Translations under genes and position numbers: made by a program | Shown here: in pieces, positions 36,994-47,229 of the stretch | How positions within the stretch are numbered: the stretch's first letter is position 1 | Layout: every line of letters starts with the position of its first letter | Source of the DNA: an uncultured delta proteobacterium | Lineage (GTDB): Bacteria; Myxococcota_A; Polyangia; Polyangiales; B10-G4 | NCBI GenBank assembly: GCA_963727445.1 | Contig: CAVSGI010000008.1 | Location: 480,001-544,000 of the forward strand | Direction of reading: 5' to 3' | DNA length: 64,000 bases | The notes under the pieces: model-generated | What the model was told of the DNA's origin: nothing | Seen by the model: the letters and a program-made list of their open reading frames with translations, nothing else | Databases searched by the model: none

Positions 36994-37025
36994 TGCTGCT
37001 GCCCGAGCAGAAAACGAGAATCGAC

Positions 37026-38309
37026 ATGCGTGTGATCGGCCTCGCGACACCTCCCATCCTGCTGCTCCTCCTCGTCGCGGCCTGCGGCTCGAAGTCAGCG
37101 CTCGGCGAAGGCGAACCATCCGACGCCTCGATGGACGCCGACGGGCGCCCGGACGCCGTGTCCGACACTGGCCTCGATTCTCGACACGACGCCGGAGAGC
37201 CCGTCGATGGCTGCACCGAGTTGCCGCCGGAGGAACCCCCATCGGAGGTTGAGGTCGCGTTCGTGTCTCGAATCAGCTCAGCGGATGTGCTCTTCCTGAT
37301 CGACACGACGGGAAGCATGAGCGATGAGATCGAGCGCATCCGGAGCACCCTCCGCGACGCCCTCCTGCCCGGCCTGGTGGAGGCCATCGGGGACGTGCGC
37401 GTCGGCGTCGCTTCGTTCGCTGATTTCCCCGTGGGAATCTACGGCTCGCCTGACGACCGGCCGTTCCTTCTGTTGACACCAACAACCACGGACATCGGTG
37501 TCGTCGAGAGCGCGCTCGATGCGCTCCCCGGTTCGGCTGGCTCCGACGAACCCGAGTCGCAAACCGAAGCCTTGTACCAGGTGGCGACCGGTGAAGGGTT
37601 CTCGACCTTCGTTCCTCCCTCCGACTGTCCGGCAGGCACCGTCGGCTATCCGTGCTTCCAGTCCGACGGCTCGCGCATCATCCTGCTCTTCACCGACGCC
37701 CCGTTTCACAATGGGCCTGGGATGTCCGATCCCTACGCGCCGGACCTCACGCCAGCGCCCCACACCTACGCCGAAGCGCTGAACGCTCTTCGGGGGATCG
37801 GCGCGAAGGTGCTCGGACTCTTCTCTGGCGGGGCCGATATGGAAGCCTTGGCCGATCTGAACGCGATCGCGAGAAACTCCGGAGCGGTTGCCCCGAGCGG
37901 GGAGCCGATCGTGTTCGACATCGGCACGGACGGGGGCCGATTGGACACCGGCGTGGTGCAGTCGGTCGAAGCGCTCGTCGAGGAGGTACCGATCGATCTC
38001 GATATCGTCGTCGAAGACGTTCCCGGCGACGGCTTCGACGCACTGGACTTCGTCCGTGCGGTCGAGACGGTTCGGGCCGTTCCAAGTGAGGGCGCCATCG
38101 ACCGGGGGGACCGGTTCGATCAGGTGGTCCCCGGCACCCGGGTGGTCTTCCGGGTCGTACTGCAGAACGAGATGATCCCCCGAAGGGCCGCACCCCAGAT
38201 CTATCGCCTCCGAATCGTCCTCCGCGGCGACGGGGTCACTCGGCTCTCCAGCAGGACGGTGGAGATCGTGATCCCGAGCGATGGGGGCAGTGGTTGTGAG
38301 GGAGCGTGA
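37026..38309 (+). CDS. vWA-domain lipoprotein
   Basis: Lipobox VAAC; DVLFLIDTTGSM (MIDAS), DEPES, LFTDAPFH. Confidence 0.88.
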   Translation: MRVIGLATPPILLLLLVAACGSKSALGEGEPSDASMDADGRPDAVSDTGLDSRHDAGEPVDGCTELPPEEPPSEVEVAFVSRISSADVLFLIDTTGSMSDEIERIRSTLRDALLPGLVEAIGDVRVGVASFADFPVGIYGSPDDRPFLLLTPTTTDIGVVESALDALPGSAGSDEPESQTEALYQVATGEGFSTFVPPSDCPAGTVGYPCFQSDGSRIILLFTDAPFHNGPGMSDPYAPDLTPAPHTYAEALNALRGIGAKVLGLFSGGADMEALADLNAIARNSGAVAPSGEPIVFDIGTDGGRLDTGVVQSVEALVEEVPIDLDIVVEDVPGDGFDALDFVRAVETVRAVPSEGAIDRGDRFDQVVPGTRVVFRVVLQNEMIPRRAAPQIYRLRIVLRGDGVTRLSSRTVEIVIPSDGGSGCEGA

Positions 38310-38583
38310 CCGGTCCGGCTGGAACGCCTCGGGCGCAATGAGCTGGCCAACTCACCCCTAGGTGGCGTTCGCGACCCGCGGCTCCCTGTTCTTCGAGGAG
38401 GCACGACGATCTTTCGTGCAAGGTCGGGGATCTTTCGGCGTGTCCTCGCCGGCCAACGTGGGATGATCATTTCTGCAAGTTGAACAGATCTCACCCCTGA
38501 GTGCCGTTGCACCGCGAGTGCGAATTCGCGAGCGTCGAGCATGACGAGGCGCTTCGTCGGCGCGCGGTCATTCAGGAGGGGAC

Positions 38584-39354
38584 ATGGTTCGATCGATTTC
38601 GAATTCGAGGGTCGTATGGGGCTTGGTGGCTTTCGCGGTGAGCTCGTTGGTGGCGACATGGGACGCGCCGTCCGCGCACGCATCCGCGTGCGGCAGCTTC
38701 TCCGCAGATTCAGGGGACAACCTGATCATCGTCGGGGAGAAGACCGGCTACTTTTGGTACAACGGCCAGTACTGGTACTACGGGACTGGCGAGCTCGCCC
38801 TGTGCTGGAAGGACTCGAGCTCGATCTACAACTACGAGGAGTACACCGGCTGCGATACGACGAGCAGCTCGTCCGACTACCTCTTCGTCCAGGCACTCGC
38901 GGGCGACGACGTCCTCGTCCCGAACACGACGGGGCACGTCTGTGAAGGGGGGGACATCAGCACGTACATCGATCCGTTCGACGACGCGTCGTGGGACTTC
39001 TACCTCTACGCGTACATGGGGACGGGATCGGATCGGGCGATCGGATCGGGGAATGGCGACCGTCTCTACTCCAATACGTACGGGAGCTTCCCAACGAACT
39101 ATCTGCCTTCCGACTCAGCTCGCGACACGTTGTGCGGCGCAGGGGGAGACGACCATCTATACGGAGATCATGACGACGGATCGACCTACTACGAGTTTCT
39201 CCATGGCGGTTCTGGGTCGGACTTGTGCAACGGAGGACAGGATGGCACCACCCACGACCTCGCGCACTTGTACACATGCGAGACGATTCAGTTCGCTGCA
39301 TCTACTTCGATCGATTGGGGTGGTTGTGGCGGCGAGCCCCAGAGCTATTGGTAG
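38584..39354 (+). CDS. Secreted Tyr/Asp-rich protein with hemolysin-type Ca-binding (GGxGxD) repeats
   Basis: Signal peptide AHA-S; ALAGDD, MGTGSD, GSGNGD, GAGGDD, GGSGSD. Confidence 0.75.
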   Translation: MVRSISNSRVVWGLVAFAVSSLVATWDAPSAHASACGSFSADSGDNLIIVGEKTGYFWYNGQYWYYGTGELALCWKDSSSIYNYEEYTGCDTTSSSSDYLFVQALAGDDVLVPNTTGHVCEGGDISTYIDPFDDASWDFYLYAYMGTGSDRAIGSGNGDRLYSNTYGSFPTNYLPSDSARDTLCGAGGDDHLYGDHDDGSTYYEFLHGGSGSDLCNGGQDGTTHDLAHLYTCETIQFAASTSIDWGGCGGEPQSYW

Positions 39355-40576
39355 AGTTTTCTCCCTCGCGATCCTGAGCCTGATGCTTGCGTGCTCTGGC
39401 AGTCACCCTGCGGTCGATGATGGGGGTGGCGATGGCAGTACCGACGCGTCTGACGGGATGGTCGTCGATGATGGAGACGTGGGTGTACCCCCACCGATTT
39501 GTGGTGACGGGTGTGAGATCGAGCAGGTTGTTGCGGGATTGGCGTACACGTGCGTGCGGTTCGACGACGGGCGTGTTGCCTGCTGGGGAAACCTCGATCC
39601 CCTGGACACCCTCGGCCTGGACGTGACGTCGCCTGTCGAAGTCGAAGGCCTTCCTGCCGTATCCGAACTCCTCGGCGGCTACACGCACACCTGCGGGATG
39701 GACACCGCGAGTGAGCTCTGGTGCTGGGGCGACGCGACCGAGCAGCTATTCGGCACCCCCACCGCCACACCACGAGACGACTGGCTTTCTTGGAGGGTGA
39801 TCGATGTAAGAGCCGGTGGCGCTCACACCTGTGCCGTCCTGCTGGATGGCTCCGTCGAGTGCTGGGGCACGATGAATGAGGGGCAGCTGGGTGACGGCAC
39901 GATGGAACCCCACGAGGAACCCGCTCCCGTCGTCGGGATCGACGAAGTCGTCGAGCTCGCGGCGGGAGCCGCCTTTACCTGTGGTCGCGTGGATACAGGT
40001 CGGCTCGCTTGCTGGGGTGACAATGGCTACGGGCAGATCGGCGACGGGACGGGGGGCGAATCCTTGACTGACGCGGATCGTACGGAGCCGCAATTCATGC
40101 TGAGCGAAGTCACTCACGTGACTGCCGGTTTGCGCTTCGCGTGCGCGCAACACAACTCGGGCGCCGTGCTGTGCTGGGGCGAGGACATCACTGGGCGCGC
40201 AGAGCTGTTGCACGGCCGCCGCTATCTTGCTTCCCCTGAGCCGATGGACCTGCCTTCGGGTGTTGCCATTGCCGATGTGCAAGCAGCAGTGGGGGGGTTG
40301 CACGCGTGTGCACTTGCTGCGAATGGTCGCGTCATGTGCTGGGGCAACAATCGGCAAGGACAAATTGGTTTCGGTAGCTCATCGACGCTGGCTCAGGCTC
40401 CGGTCGAAGCAGGTGAAATCGACGACGCCACTGGGATTGCGACCGGCTACGGCCACACTTGTGCGATTCGATCCCGGCGCGAGGTCTGGTGTTGGGGGCT
40501 GAATGACAATGGCCAACTCGGTGACGGCACGCGGGAGAACCGCAACCTCCCAGTGCGGGTCGTAGGACTGGATTGA
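39326..40576 (+). CDS. RCC1-repeat beta-propeller lipoprotein
   Basis: Lipobox MLAC; seven AG..HTC...G...CWG.N..GQLG-type repeats. Confidence 0.92.
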   Translation: MAASPRAIGRVFSLAILSLMLACSGSHPAVDDGGGDGSTDASDGMVVDDGDVGVPPPICGDGCEIEQVVAGLAYTCVRFDDGRVACWGNLDPLDTLGLDVTSPVEVEGLPAVSELLGGYTHTCGMDTASELWCWGDATEQLFGTPTATPRDDWLSWRVIDVRAGGAHTCAVLLDGSVECWGTMNEGQLGDGTMEPHEEPAPVVGIDEVVELAAGAAFTCGRVDTGRLACWGDNGYGQIGDGTGGESLTDADRTEPQFMLSEVTHVTAGLRFACAQHNSGAVLCWGEDITGRAELLHGRRYLASPEPMDLPSGVAIADVQAAVGGLHACALAANGRVMCWGNNRQGQIGFGSSSTLAQAPVEAGEIDDATGIATGYGHTCAIRSRREVWCWGLNDNGQLGDGTRENRNLPVRVVGLD

Positions 40577-40945
40577 TGCGAACGACATCACGCGATCCGT
40601 CGAATCGCTGGCCGGCCGGTGGCGCATTGCTCGCGCTGCTCCTCCTCGTTGCCTATGCGGCCAAAGTGAACGTCGGCTCGTCGGTCCAGCCCCGAGAGAG
40701 CTCCGCTCGTGACGCCGGAAATGCTCGGCCTCACCCCCGCCGAGCTGGCGCCAGCAGAGGTGCCAGAGGTTCCTGCCGGCGTTCGTCACCAGCAGGCGGT
40801 CGATGCCATCGCTCGCTTCGCGGATCGAGCGGGGCTCGTTGAGCGGACCCGGTCGTCACCGTTCGGTCACACCACCGACTCGACGCTGACCCGAAAACGG
40901 GCCAGCATCCGTCCCGAATGGCCACTGGCAAAGCCGCCACGCTGA
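40576..40945 (+). CDS. Possible small membrane-anchored protein (probably one gene split near 40700)
   Basis: ATG adjacent to the RCC1 stop, TM segment ALLALLLLVAYAA, plausible continuation in ORF 40709..40945. Confidence 0.3.
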
Positions 40946-42132
40946 CGAGAGCGCGGACCAGCACGCCCGCGGACGCGACGGCGATGCCGTCGGCGAAGCG
41001 CTGGGATGCGCTCGACTTCTTCCGCTTCGCGGCGGTGATGCTGATGGTGCAGGGGCACACCTTCTACGTGGTGGTCGAGGAGTCGATCCGCGACGCACGC
41101 TGGTACCGCTGGCACAACTACGTCCACGGCTACACGGCGCCGACCTTCATGTTCGCCTCGGGCCTCGCCTTCGGCGTGACCACCTTCCGGCGCTGGGACG
41201 ACCACGCGCATTGGGGCAAGCCGCTGCTTCGGCGTATCGAGCGCTACTTGATGATCATCGGCCTCGGCTACCTGATCCACCTGCCGAGCTTCTCGATCGC
41301 CGCGCTCGACGGAGCGGGAGAGCGCGCGCTCACGAACTTCCTGAAGGTGGACGCGCTTCAGGTGATCGGGATCACCTTGCTGGTGGCCGAGCTCCTGGTG
41401 TGGGCCATCAAGAAGCGCGGCGTCTTCATCGCCGCCATCAGCGCGTTCGGCGCCGCGATCGTGTTCCTCGCGCCCTGGGTGCACCGCCTCGACTTCGGTG
41501 CGCTCCATCCCGCCCTCGCGGCGTACCTGAACTCCGCCACCGGCTCGCCCTTCCCCATCTTTCCCTGGGGCGGCTTCCTCTGCGCTGGCGTCGTGGCGGC
41601 GTACTTCGTCCAGAAGACCTTCGACGCGGATCATGGCGATCAGTTGGTGGGCCGCCTCGTGGCCGTCGCGGGCGTGTGCATGATCGCCGCGCTCGGTCTC
41701 GCCGCCGTCGACCCCGGCATCTTCGGCGAGCACAACTTCTGGAAGACCAACCCCTGGTTCTTCATCTGGCGCGTGGGCGTGCTCCTGCTCTTCCTGGCGC
41801 TCCTCTGCGTCCTCGCCGACGTCGTCGCGCGGCGCGGACCGCCCGGGCGGATCCACCGCACGGTGAGCGTGATGGCGATGGAGACGCTGGTGATCTACGT
41901 CGCCCACCTCTTCATCCTCTACGGCACGCCGCTGAACGACGGCGTCAACCGCGCCATCGGAAAGAACCTCGACATCGCCGAGGCGAGCCTCATCGTGCTC
42001 GGGCTCTTCGTCGCCATGGGCGCGCTCGCCTGGGGCTGGCACCTCTTCAAGAAGAAGAAGCCGACGCAGTTCTTCTGGATGCGCATGGCGATGCTCGCGG
42101 CGCTGCTGGGCTGGGTGTTCTTGTCGCGCTGA
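40918..42132 (+). CDS. DUF1624/HGSNAT-like membrane acyltransferase-family protein
   Basis: R..ALDFFR..AV.LMVQGH, APTFMFASG, DALQVIG, FPIFPWGGF, IYVAH; ~10 TM helices. Confidence 0.85.
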   Translation: MATGKAATLTRARTSTPADATAMPSAKRWDALDFFRFAAVMLMVQGHTFYVVVEESIRDARWYRWHNYVHGYTAPTFMFASGLAFGVTTFRRWDDHAHWGKPLLRRIERYLMIIGLGYLIHLPSFSIAALDGAGERALTNFLKVDALQVIGITLLVAELLVWAIKKRGVFIAAISAFGAAIVFLAPWVHRLDFGALHPALAAYLNSATGSPFPIFPWGGFLCAGVVAAYFVQKTFDADHGDQLVGRLVAVAGVCMIAALGLAAVDPGIFGEHNFWKTNPWFFIWRVGVLLLFLALLCVLADVVARRGPPGRIHRTVSVMAMETLVIYVAHLFILYGTPLNDGVNRAIGKNLDIAEASLIVLGLFVAMGALAWGWHLFKKKKPTQFFWMRMAMLAALLGWVFLSR

Positions 42133-42141
42133 CCGCGTACC

Positions 42142-43257
42142 TCACTCCTTGCGCAAAAACGACGGGATCCACTTCTTGAAGCTGGCGAGCACGTCTTTGT
42201 CCTCGTTTTCGAGGTGCAGCTCCACCAGCCCCGACTCGAGCTCGATCACCGAGTCTTCGAGCTCGGGATCCTGACTGCGCTGGCCGATGCCGAGCTCGGC
42301 GCGCGCCGCGAGCACGCCCCAGGCGAGGCGGTCGTAGAGGTCCTCGCTCGACTGGTGGATCTTGAGCACCTCCCCCAGCGCGCGGGCCATCTCGCGCGCG
42401 TCTTCGAAGCGCTCCGCCGGACGCAGGGCGAGGGCGCGGTGGACGAAGGCGCACAGCTCCGCCGGGATGTCGGGGCGGAGCTCCTCGAGGCGCTCCACTT
42501 CGGCGTTGGCCAGCTTGGTGTAGGTCTCGAGATCGGTCTCGCCCTCGAAGGCGCGCTTCCCGGTCAGCGTCTCCCAGATCACGCTGCCCATCGCGAACTG
42601 ATCGGTCTTCGGCGACGGCCGCGCCCCGCGCACCACCTCGGGCGACAGATAGGCGAGCTTGCCCTTGGCCATGCCGGGGTCGGTGTCCTCGATGTGGCGG
42701 TCGTGGGCGAGCGAGAGCCCGAAGTCGATCAGCTTGGCGCGGCCGGTGTCGCTCACCAGGATGTTGTGCGGCGAGATGTCGCGATGAACGATCGGCTCGG
42801 TCACGCCCTGCTCGGTGACGCGTTCGTGCGCCGTCGCGAGCCCGCGCAGGATGCCGATGCCCATCGCGGCGACCAGCTCCCAGTCGAAGCCCTGTTCCTT
42901 CTTCTTCAGGTAGCGGATGTAGGTCGCGAGATCGATGCCGTTCACCCACTCGAGGACCAGGTAGTACTCGCCCTCGTCCTCGACGAAGTCGAAGACCTGC
43001 GCGATGTTCGGATCCTGCAGGATCGAGCCGACGCGGGCCTCCTCTTCGAAGAGGCTCCGGTAGAGCGGATCGTGGGCGATGTGGGAATGCATCTGCTTGA
43101 CCGCCACGTGCCGCCGGAAGTGACCCGGGCCGTGATGTCGCGCCCGCCACACCGCGGCCATTCCCCCGCGCCCGGCCACCTCGAGCAGCTCGTAGCGGTC
43201 GGCGATGCGCCTCGCGGGCCGCGGCGGCGGCGGAAGAGATGACAGCGACTTGCCCAC
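42142..43257 (-). CDS. Cytoplasmic Ser/Thr protein kinase
   Basis: GRGGMAAVW, VAVK, HRDISPHN, DFG, KGKLAYLSPE; no TM segment. Confidence 0.93.
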   Translation of the reverse strand: MGKSLSSLPPPPRPARRIADRYELLEVAGRGGMAAVWRARHHGPGHFRRHVAVKQMHSHIAHDPLYRSLFEEEARVGSILQDPNIAQVFDFVEDEGEYYLVLEWVNGIDLATYIRYLKKKEQGFDWELVAAMGIGILRGLATAHERVTEQGVTEPIVHRDISPHNILVSDTGRAKLIDFGLSLAHDRHIEDTDPGMAKGKLAYLSPEVVRGARPSPKTDQFAMGSVIWETLTGKRAFEGETDLETYTKLANAEVERLEELRPDIPAELCAFVHRALALRPAERFEDAREMARALGEVLKIHQSSEDLYDRLAWGVLAARAELGIGQRSQDPELEDSVIELESGLVELHLENEDKDVLASFKKWIPSFLRKE

Positions 43258-43291
43258 GTCGCGCGCACTGTAGCAGCGCGCGCCGCGGCTT

Positions 43292-44329
43292 TCAGTCGCG
43301 GAGTCGCACCGTGACGCGGTCCGGACGACGCACGTTGTCGAGGTACACGTAGGCGGCCTTCGAGCCCTGCCCTTCGACCTGGTCGAGGACGCGCCTCAGG
43401 CGGCGCAGCTTCTGCCGAAAAGGCCCGCGTCCCAGGCGCACGTGCAGCGCCTCTTCCCCGACATAGAGGCTCAATCCGTCGTCGCTCTCCACGTGGATCT
43501 CGCCGATGGGCATGCGCCGCCAGAGGCCAGCACCGCGGTAATCGTGCAGGAGCGCCACCACCTCGAGGAGCACGCTCTGACGGAAAGCGCGGTCGCGGAT
43601 GAAGCGCCCACGGTCGATCCCGGTGATCACCGGAAGGTCGACGGGGTCACCGTCACCGACACGCTTGAAGACGGTCCCGTCCTCGCTCACCAGGTACAGG
43701 CTCGCGGGATCGTCATCGGCCTCGGCGAGCGTGATCACAAGCGCGGCGTGATGCTCGCGGATCACGACGTCGAAGAAGCCGGGCAGACGCCGCGAGACCT
43801 CGGCGCTCGCGATCCACGGATGGCGCAACAGCCGCGCCTGCGCGTCCTCCGGGCCGATCTCGAAGACGTTCTGGCCGACGGCGAGGGACGCCGCCTCGAG
43901 CACTTCCTCGCGGCTCAGGCGTTCGGTTCCGCTCACGCTGATCTGCTGCGTCGCGAAGGCGGGGCTCGTGCGAACGTGACGCTCCACCAGGCGTCCCACG
44001 GCGAGCACCGCGGCGACCAGGATGCAGAGCATCAACAGCCGCAAGGTCATCAGGACCTTCTTGCGCGTGCGCGCCCAGAAGGCGGCGAGGCGCTCCCGGG
44101 TCGCGGTCGCGCGCTCGCGCAAGGAGCGCCTGGGGACGGGCGCTGGGGCCTTCGGCCGTTTGCTGTTGCGGGTCGGCTTTTCTTTTTCGGGCGGGATCAG
44201 GGAGCGGCGGCGGAACATGCCGCTGACGACGCCGCGCTCGGCGTCGGGACGCGACTTCCGATTGCCCTTCTTGGGCGCGTTCGACCGGCGGCGTGGCGGC
44301 GACGAGGCCCGCTTCCGAGCAGCGCCCAT
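43292..44329 (-). CDS. ftsQ: Cell division protein FtsQ with long basic N-terminal tail
   Basis: Single TM, POTRA domain (VSGTERLS.EEVL, PWIASAEVSRRLP), YVYLDN; follows murC. Confidence 0.92.
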   Translation of the reverse strand: MGAARKRASSPPRRRSNAPKKGNRKSRPDAERGVVSGMFRRRSLIPPEKEKPTRNSKRPKAPAPVPRRSLRERATATRERLAAFWARTRKKVLMTLRLLMLCILVAAVLAVGRLVERHVRTSPAFATQQISVSGTERLSREEVLEAASLAVGQNVFEIGPEDAQARLLRHPWIASAEVSRRLPGFFDVVIREHHAALVITLAEADDDPASLYLVSEDGTVFKRVGDGDPVDLPVITGIDRGRFIRDRAFRQSVLLEVVALLHDYRGAGLWRRMPIGEIHVESDDGLSLYVGEEALHVRLGRGPFRQKLRRLRRVLDQVEGQGSKAAYVYLDNVRRPDRVTVRLRD

Positions 44330-45714
44330 CAGCCCTTCGCCCTCGCGTCGAGGAGCTGCGCCAGCTCGGGGGCGGTGCTGGTGATGTCGCCGGCCCCGAG
44401 GGTGATCACCACGTCGCCGGGCTCGGCCCTCGCGAGGATCGCCTCCGCCAGCGTCGCGCGGTCGGGGACGTGGGTGACGTCGTGATGGCCGTGGGCGCGG
44501 ATCGCGGCCGCCAGGTGCGCCGAATCGGCGCCCTCGATGGGCTTTTCGCCCGCTGGGTAGACGTCGGCGAGGAGCAGGACGTCGGCGCGGTTGAAGGCCC
44601 GCGTCAGCTCCTCGAAGAGGTGGTGGGTGCGCGTGTAGCGATGCGGCTGGAAGGCCACCACCAGGCGCCGCGCGAAGGCGCGCTGAGCGGCCTCGAGGGT
44701 GGCGACCACCTCGGCGGGATGGTGCCCGTAGTCGTCGACGATGGTGACCCCGTCGTGCTCACCGAGAATGGTGAAGCGCCGGGCGACGCCGGTGAAACCC
44801 GCGAGCGCCTTGCGCACTTCGTCGTGGTCGACGCGCAGCTCGTCCGCCACCGCGATGGTGGCGAGGGCGTTCATCACGTTGTGGATGCCGGGCATCCGCA
44901 CCTCGAACTCGCCCAGCTCTTCACCGCGGCGCACCACGTCGAACTTCGCGCTAAGCCCGTCGAAGCGCGGGTTCTTCGCGCGGTAGTCCGCCTGTGCGCT
45001 CAGCCCGTAGGTCGCGATGCGCTTTTCGATGTCGGGCAGGATGTCCTGGACGTTCGGGTGGTCGAGGCAGGCGACCACCAGCCCGTAGAACGGGGTGCGA
45101 TTCGCGAACTCCACGAAGGCCTGCTTCACCGCGTCGAGGCCGCCGTAGTGATCGAGGTGCTCCGGATCGATGTTGGTGATCACCGCGATCGCAGGCGTGA
45201 GGTGCAAAAAGGAGCCGTCGGACTCGTCCGCTTCGGCGACCAGGAGGTTGCCGGCGCCGCTCGCCGCGCCGCTCCCGAGGGCGTTCAGCTTGCCGCCGAT
45301 GATGACCGTCGGGTCGAGCCCCGCCTCGCGCAGGACGGTGGCCACGAGAGAAGTCGTCGTCGTCTTTCCGTGAGAGCCGGCGATGGCGATCCCGTCCTTG
45401 AGGCGCATCAGCTCGGCGAGCATCTCGGCCCGCGGGATCACCGGCACGTTGTCGAGCTTCGCCTGGACGACCTCGGGGTTGTCCCTGGGCACCGCGGTCG
45501 AGACCACCACCACATCGGCGTCGGCGACGTTCTCGGCCGCGTGACCCACCGCGATCTTGGCGCCCTTCTTCGAGAGGCGCCGAGTGGTGTCGCTCTCCTT
45601 CATGTCGGAGCCGGTGACGGCGAAGCCGTGGTCGAGGAGCACCTCGGCGATGCCGCTCATGCCGACACCACCGATGCCGACGAAGTGAATGGTTCGGATC
45701 CGTCCCCGGAACAC
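44329..45714 (-). CDS. murC: UDP-N-acetylmuramate--L-alanine ligase
   Basis: [52 protein letters not shown]. Confidence 0.98.
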   Translation of the reverse strand: MFRGRIRTIHFVGIGGVGMSGIAEVLLDHGFAVTGSDMKESDTTRRLSKKGAKIAVGHAAENVADADVVVVSTAVPRDNPEVVQAKLDNVPVIPRAEMLAELMRLKDGIAIAGSHGKTTTTSLVATVLREAGLDPTVIIGGKLNALGSGAASGAGNLLVAEADESDGSFLHLTPAIAVITNIDPEHLDHYGGLDAVKQAFVEFANRTPFYGLVVACLDHPNVQDILPDIEKRIATYGLSAQADYRAKNPRFDGLSAKFDVVRRGEELGEFEVRMPGIHNVMNALATIAVADELRVDHDEVRKALAGFTGVARRFTILGEHDGVTIVDDYGHHPAEVVATLEAAQRAFARRLVVAFQPHRYTRTHHLFEELTRAFNRADVLLLADVYPAGEKPIEGADSAHLAAAIRAHGHHDVTHVPDRATLAEAILARAEPGDVVITLGAGDITSTAPELAQLLDARAKG

Positions 45715-45760
45715 GCTACTCGTCTAACACTTCCGTCCGGATTCGGCGACGAAACGACGA

Positions 45761-45924
45761 AGAGTCGAGCCGAGGACCCCGCACTTGGAGATCCCGTCCG
45801 AGGCGGGGGTGGATGCCAGGCGCGGCAACGAAGGAATGTCCAGGGACATTTCGAGGGGCCGCAACGCCGCAGGCGGCCCTGGATCGGGCGGGAGGTCGAG
45901 TGACGGGGTCCTCGGCTCGGCTCT
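45761..45924 (+). ncRNA. Candidate structured RNA or MITE-like element in the murG-murC intergenic region
   Basis: 21-bp terminal inverted repeat plus nested 6-bp and 10-bp stems and internal hairpins; the three non-Watson-Crick pairs in these stems are U.G on the + strand. Confidence 0.5.
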
Positions 45925-45929
45925 GAGAG

Positions 45930-47229
45930 TCACTCGCCCCACCCCACCATCAGGGCCGGCCTCTGTGTGGGTGGGCGGCTCGAATGACGGGCCTTGGCGA
46001 CCGAAGGACGCGGGGTGTAGGGCACCCGGCTCGAGGCCTTGCTGCGGCGCATCCCCCCGGAGCCGCTGCCGGCACCGCCCTCGGCGCTGCCCTCGTCGCG
46101 GGAGGCCTCGGGCCCCGGCTCGGGGCGGCCGAGCCAGGAGAAGAGATCGTCCACGATGCCGGCGGCGGCGTCGGGGCGACCCATCTCCCGAGCCGCGCCG
46201 GCCATGGACCTCCGGCGCGCCTCGTCGGCGAGGAGGCGACCGACCTCGTCGCCGAGCCCCTCGGAGCTGAGCTGAGACTCGCGGATGCACAGGGCCGCGC
46301 CCGCCCGCGCGAGCGCCTCGGCGTTCTTGCCCTGGTGATCGTCCGCGGCGTGGGGGAAGGGGATCAGAATGGCCGGCCGGCCGACGGCGCAGAGCTCGGC
46401 CACGGTGGTGGCTCCGGCGCGACAGATCACCAGCGCCGCCGACGCGTAGGCCGCGGCCATGTCGTCGATGAAAGAGACGACCTCGGCTTCGACGCCGAGC
46501 TCCTGGTAGCGCGCCTCGACCTCGTCGCGCATGGCGGTGCCGGCCTGGTGCAGGACCGTCAGGCCGCGCTCGGCGAGGCCGGCGCGCGCGAGGGCTTCGG
46601 GCACGGTCGCGTTCAGCGCCTCGCGACCCTGCGAGCCCCCGAGGACGAAGACGCGGCGGGCGCGCGCCTCGAAGCCGTCGGGATCGGCGGCGGCGCGACG
46701 GGCGGCGTCGACGAAGCTCTGACGGACGGGGTTGCCGACCACGCGCACCCGGTCCGTGCGGAAGGTGGGCGCCGTCTCGTCGAAGCTGACGTAGGCGCGG
46801 CCCACGACCTTCGACGAGGATCCGGTTGGTGAGCCCGACGTGGGCGTTCTGCTCGAGGATCGCCGTCGGGCACGCCGAGGCGCCGCCGCCGCGAGGAGCA
46901 CGGGCCCGACGCGTAGCCGCCGACGCCGATCACCAGGTCCGGCCGATGACGCCGAACGAGCCCGAGGGCTTGGCCCGCGGCGCCGGGAAGGCGCGCGAGG
47001 CTCCGCATGAGCTCGACCCGCGCTCCGACCCTTGAGGGGCGTGACGTCGAGGAGCTCGAGCCGTTCACCCATCTGTCGGGATCACCCGCGCCTCGATGCC
47101 GCTGCTCGGTGCCCACGAAGGTCACCTCGACGCCCGGCGATGCCGACGCCGAAGCTCTTCGACGACAGCGATCCCCGGGAAGAGATGTCCCCCCGTTCCT
47201 CCACCCGCCACGAGGACTCGTTCGATCAT
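45930..47229 (-). CDS. murG: MurG GlcNAc transferase (indels; disordered C-terminal extension)
   Basis: VAGGGTGGHLFP, GVGGYASGP, GNPVR, LGGSQG, CRAGATTVAEL, DHQ.KNA. Confidence 0.95.

Noticed and set aside
38401..38419. GCACGA-N7-TCGTGC palindrome as an operator
   Set aside because: Only 6-bp arms and a single copy; could arise by chance.
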